From positions 12,090,001 through 12,154,000 of the forward strand of contig NC_083294.1 in assembly GCF_963506605.1 (NCBI RefSeq): a stretch of DNA of 64,000 nucleotides, read 5' to 3'. The position numbers and the translations under genes were made by a program. Positions 63,753 to 64,000 of the stretch are shown piece after piece. The DNA comes from Zootoca vivipara (lineage: Eukaryota). Position 1 is the stretch's first letter. Every line of letters starts with the position of its first letter. Under the pieces are notes generated by a model. The model was not told the origin of the DNA and made no database searches. It saw nothing but the letters and a program-made list of their open reading frames with translations.

Positions 63753-64000
63753 TGGGATGCAGGTGGCGCTGTGGTCTAAACCACTGAGCCTAAGGCTTGC
63801 CAATGGGAAGGTTGGTGGTTTGAATCCCCATGATGGGGTGAGGTCCCGTTGCTCAGTCCCAGCTCCTGCCAAAAGCACCTCAAAGTGCAAGTAGATAAAT
63901 AGGGACCGCTACAGCGGGAAGGTAAACGGCGTTTCCATGTGCTGCTTTGGTTTCGCCAGAAGCAACTTAGTCATGCTGGCCACATGACCCGGAAAAACTG
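63753..64000 (+). mobile_element. Sauria SINE, cut by the window end
   Basis: GGGATGCAGGTGGCGCTGTGGTCTAAACCACTGAGCC head and conserved body. Confidence 0.8.

Overview
Eukaryotic (vertebrate) genomic DNA, almost certainly a squamate and probably a lacertid lizard, judging from Sauria SINEs, CR1 LINEs with (ATTCTATG)n tails, a Bov-B tail and Penelope remnants. Gene order, with exons resolved from splice sites and reading phase: SLC31A1/CTR1 (+, 4 coding exons); CDC26 (-) and PRPF4 (+, 14 exons) sharing a bidirectional CpG-rich promoter; RNF183 (-); a highly divergent LAP1/LULL1 (TOR1AIP)-like membrane protein gene (-); and an SLC2A6/GLUT6-type transporter (+, exons 1-6, running off the window). 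There are also processed pseudogenes of AGFG1 and BANF1 and many nested transposons. Main highlights: (1) the torsin-cofactor-like protein keeps the fold landmarks and cysteine pair but appears to lack the arginine finger, and lies in the 9q32-syntenic block; (2) the GLUT6 gene has a CTG in a perfect Kozak context where the ATG should be, plus a GC-AG intron; (3) a 744-bp TG...CA fold-back element with 305-bp inverted arms and a 5-bp TSD; (4) a four-level nested insertion around a BANF1 retrocopy; (5) a DNA transposon carrying ~14 self-palindromic 134-144 bp units inside an L1. Homology calls rest on family sequences recalled from memory; no database search was run.
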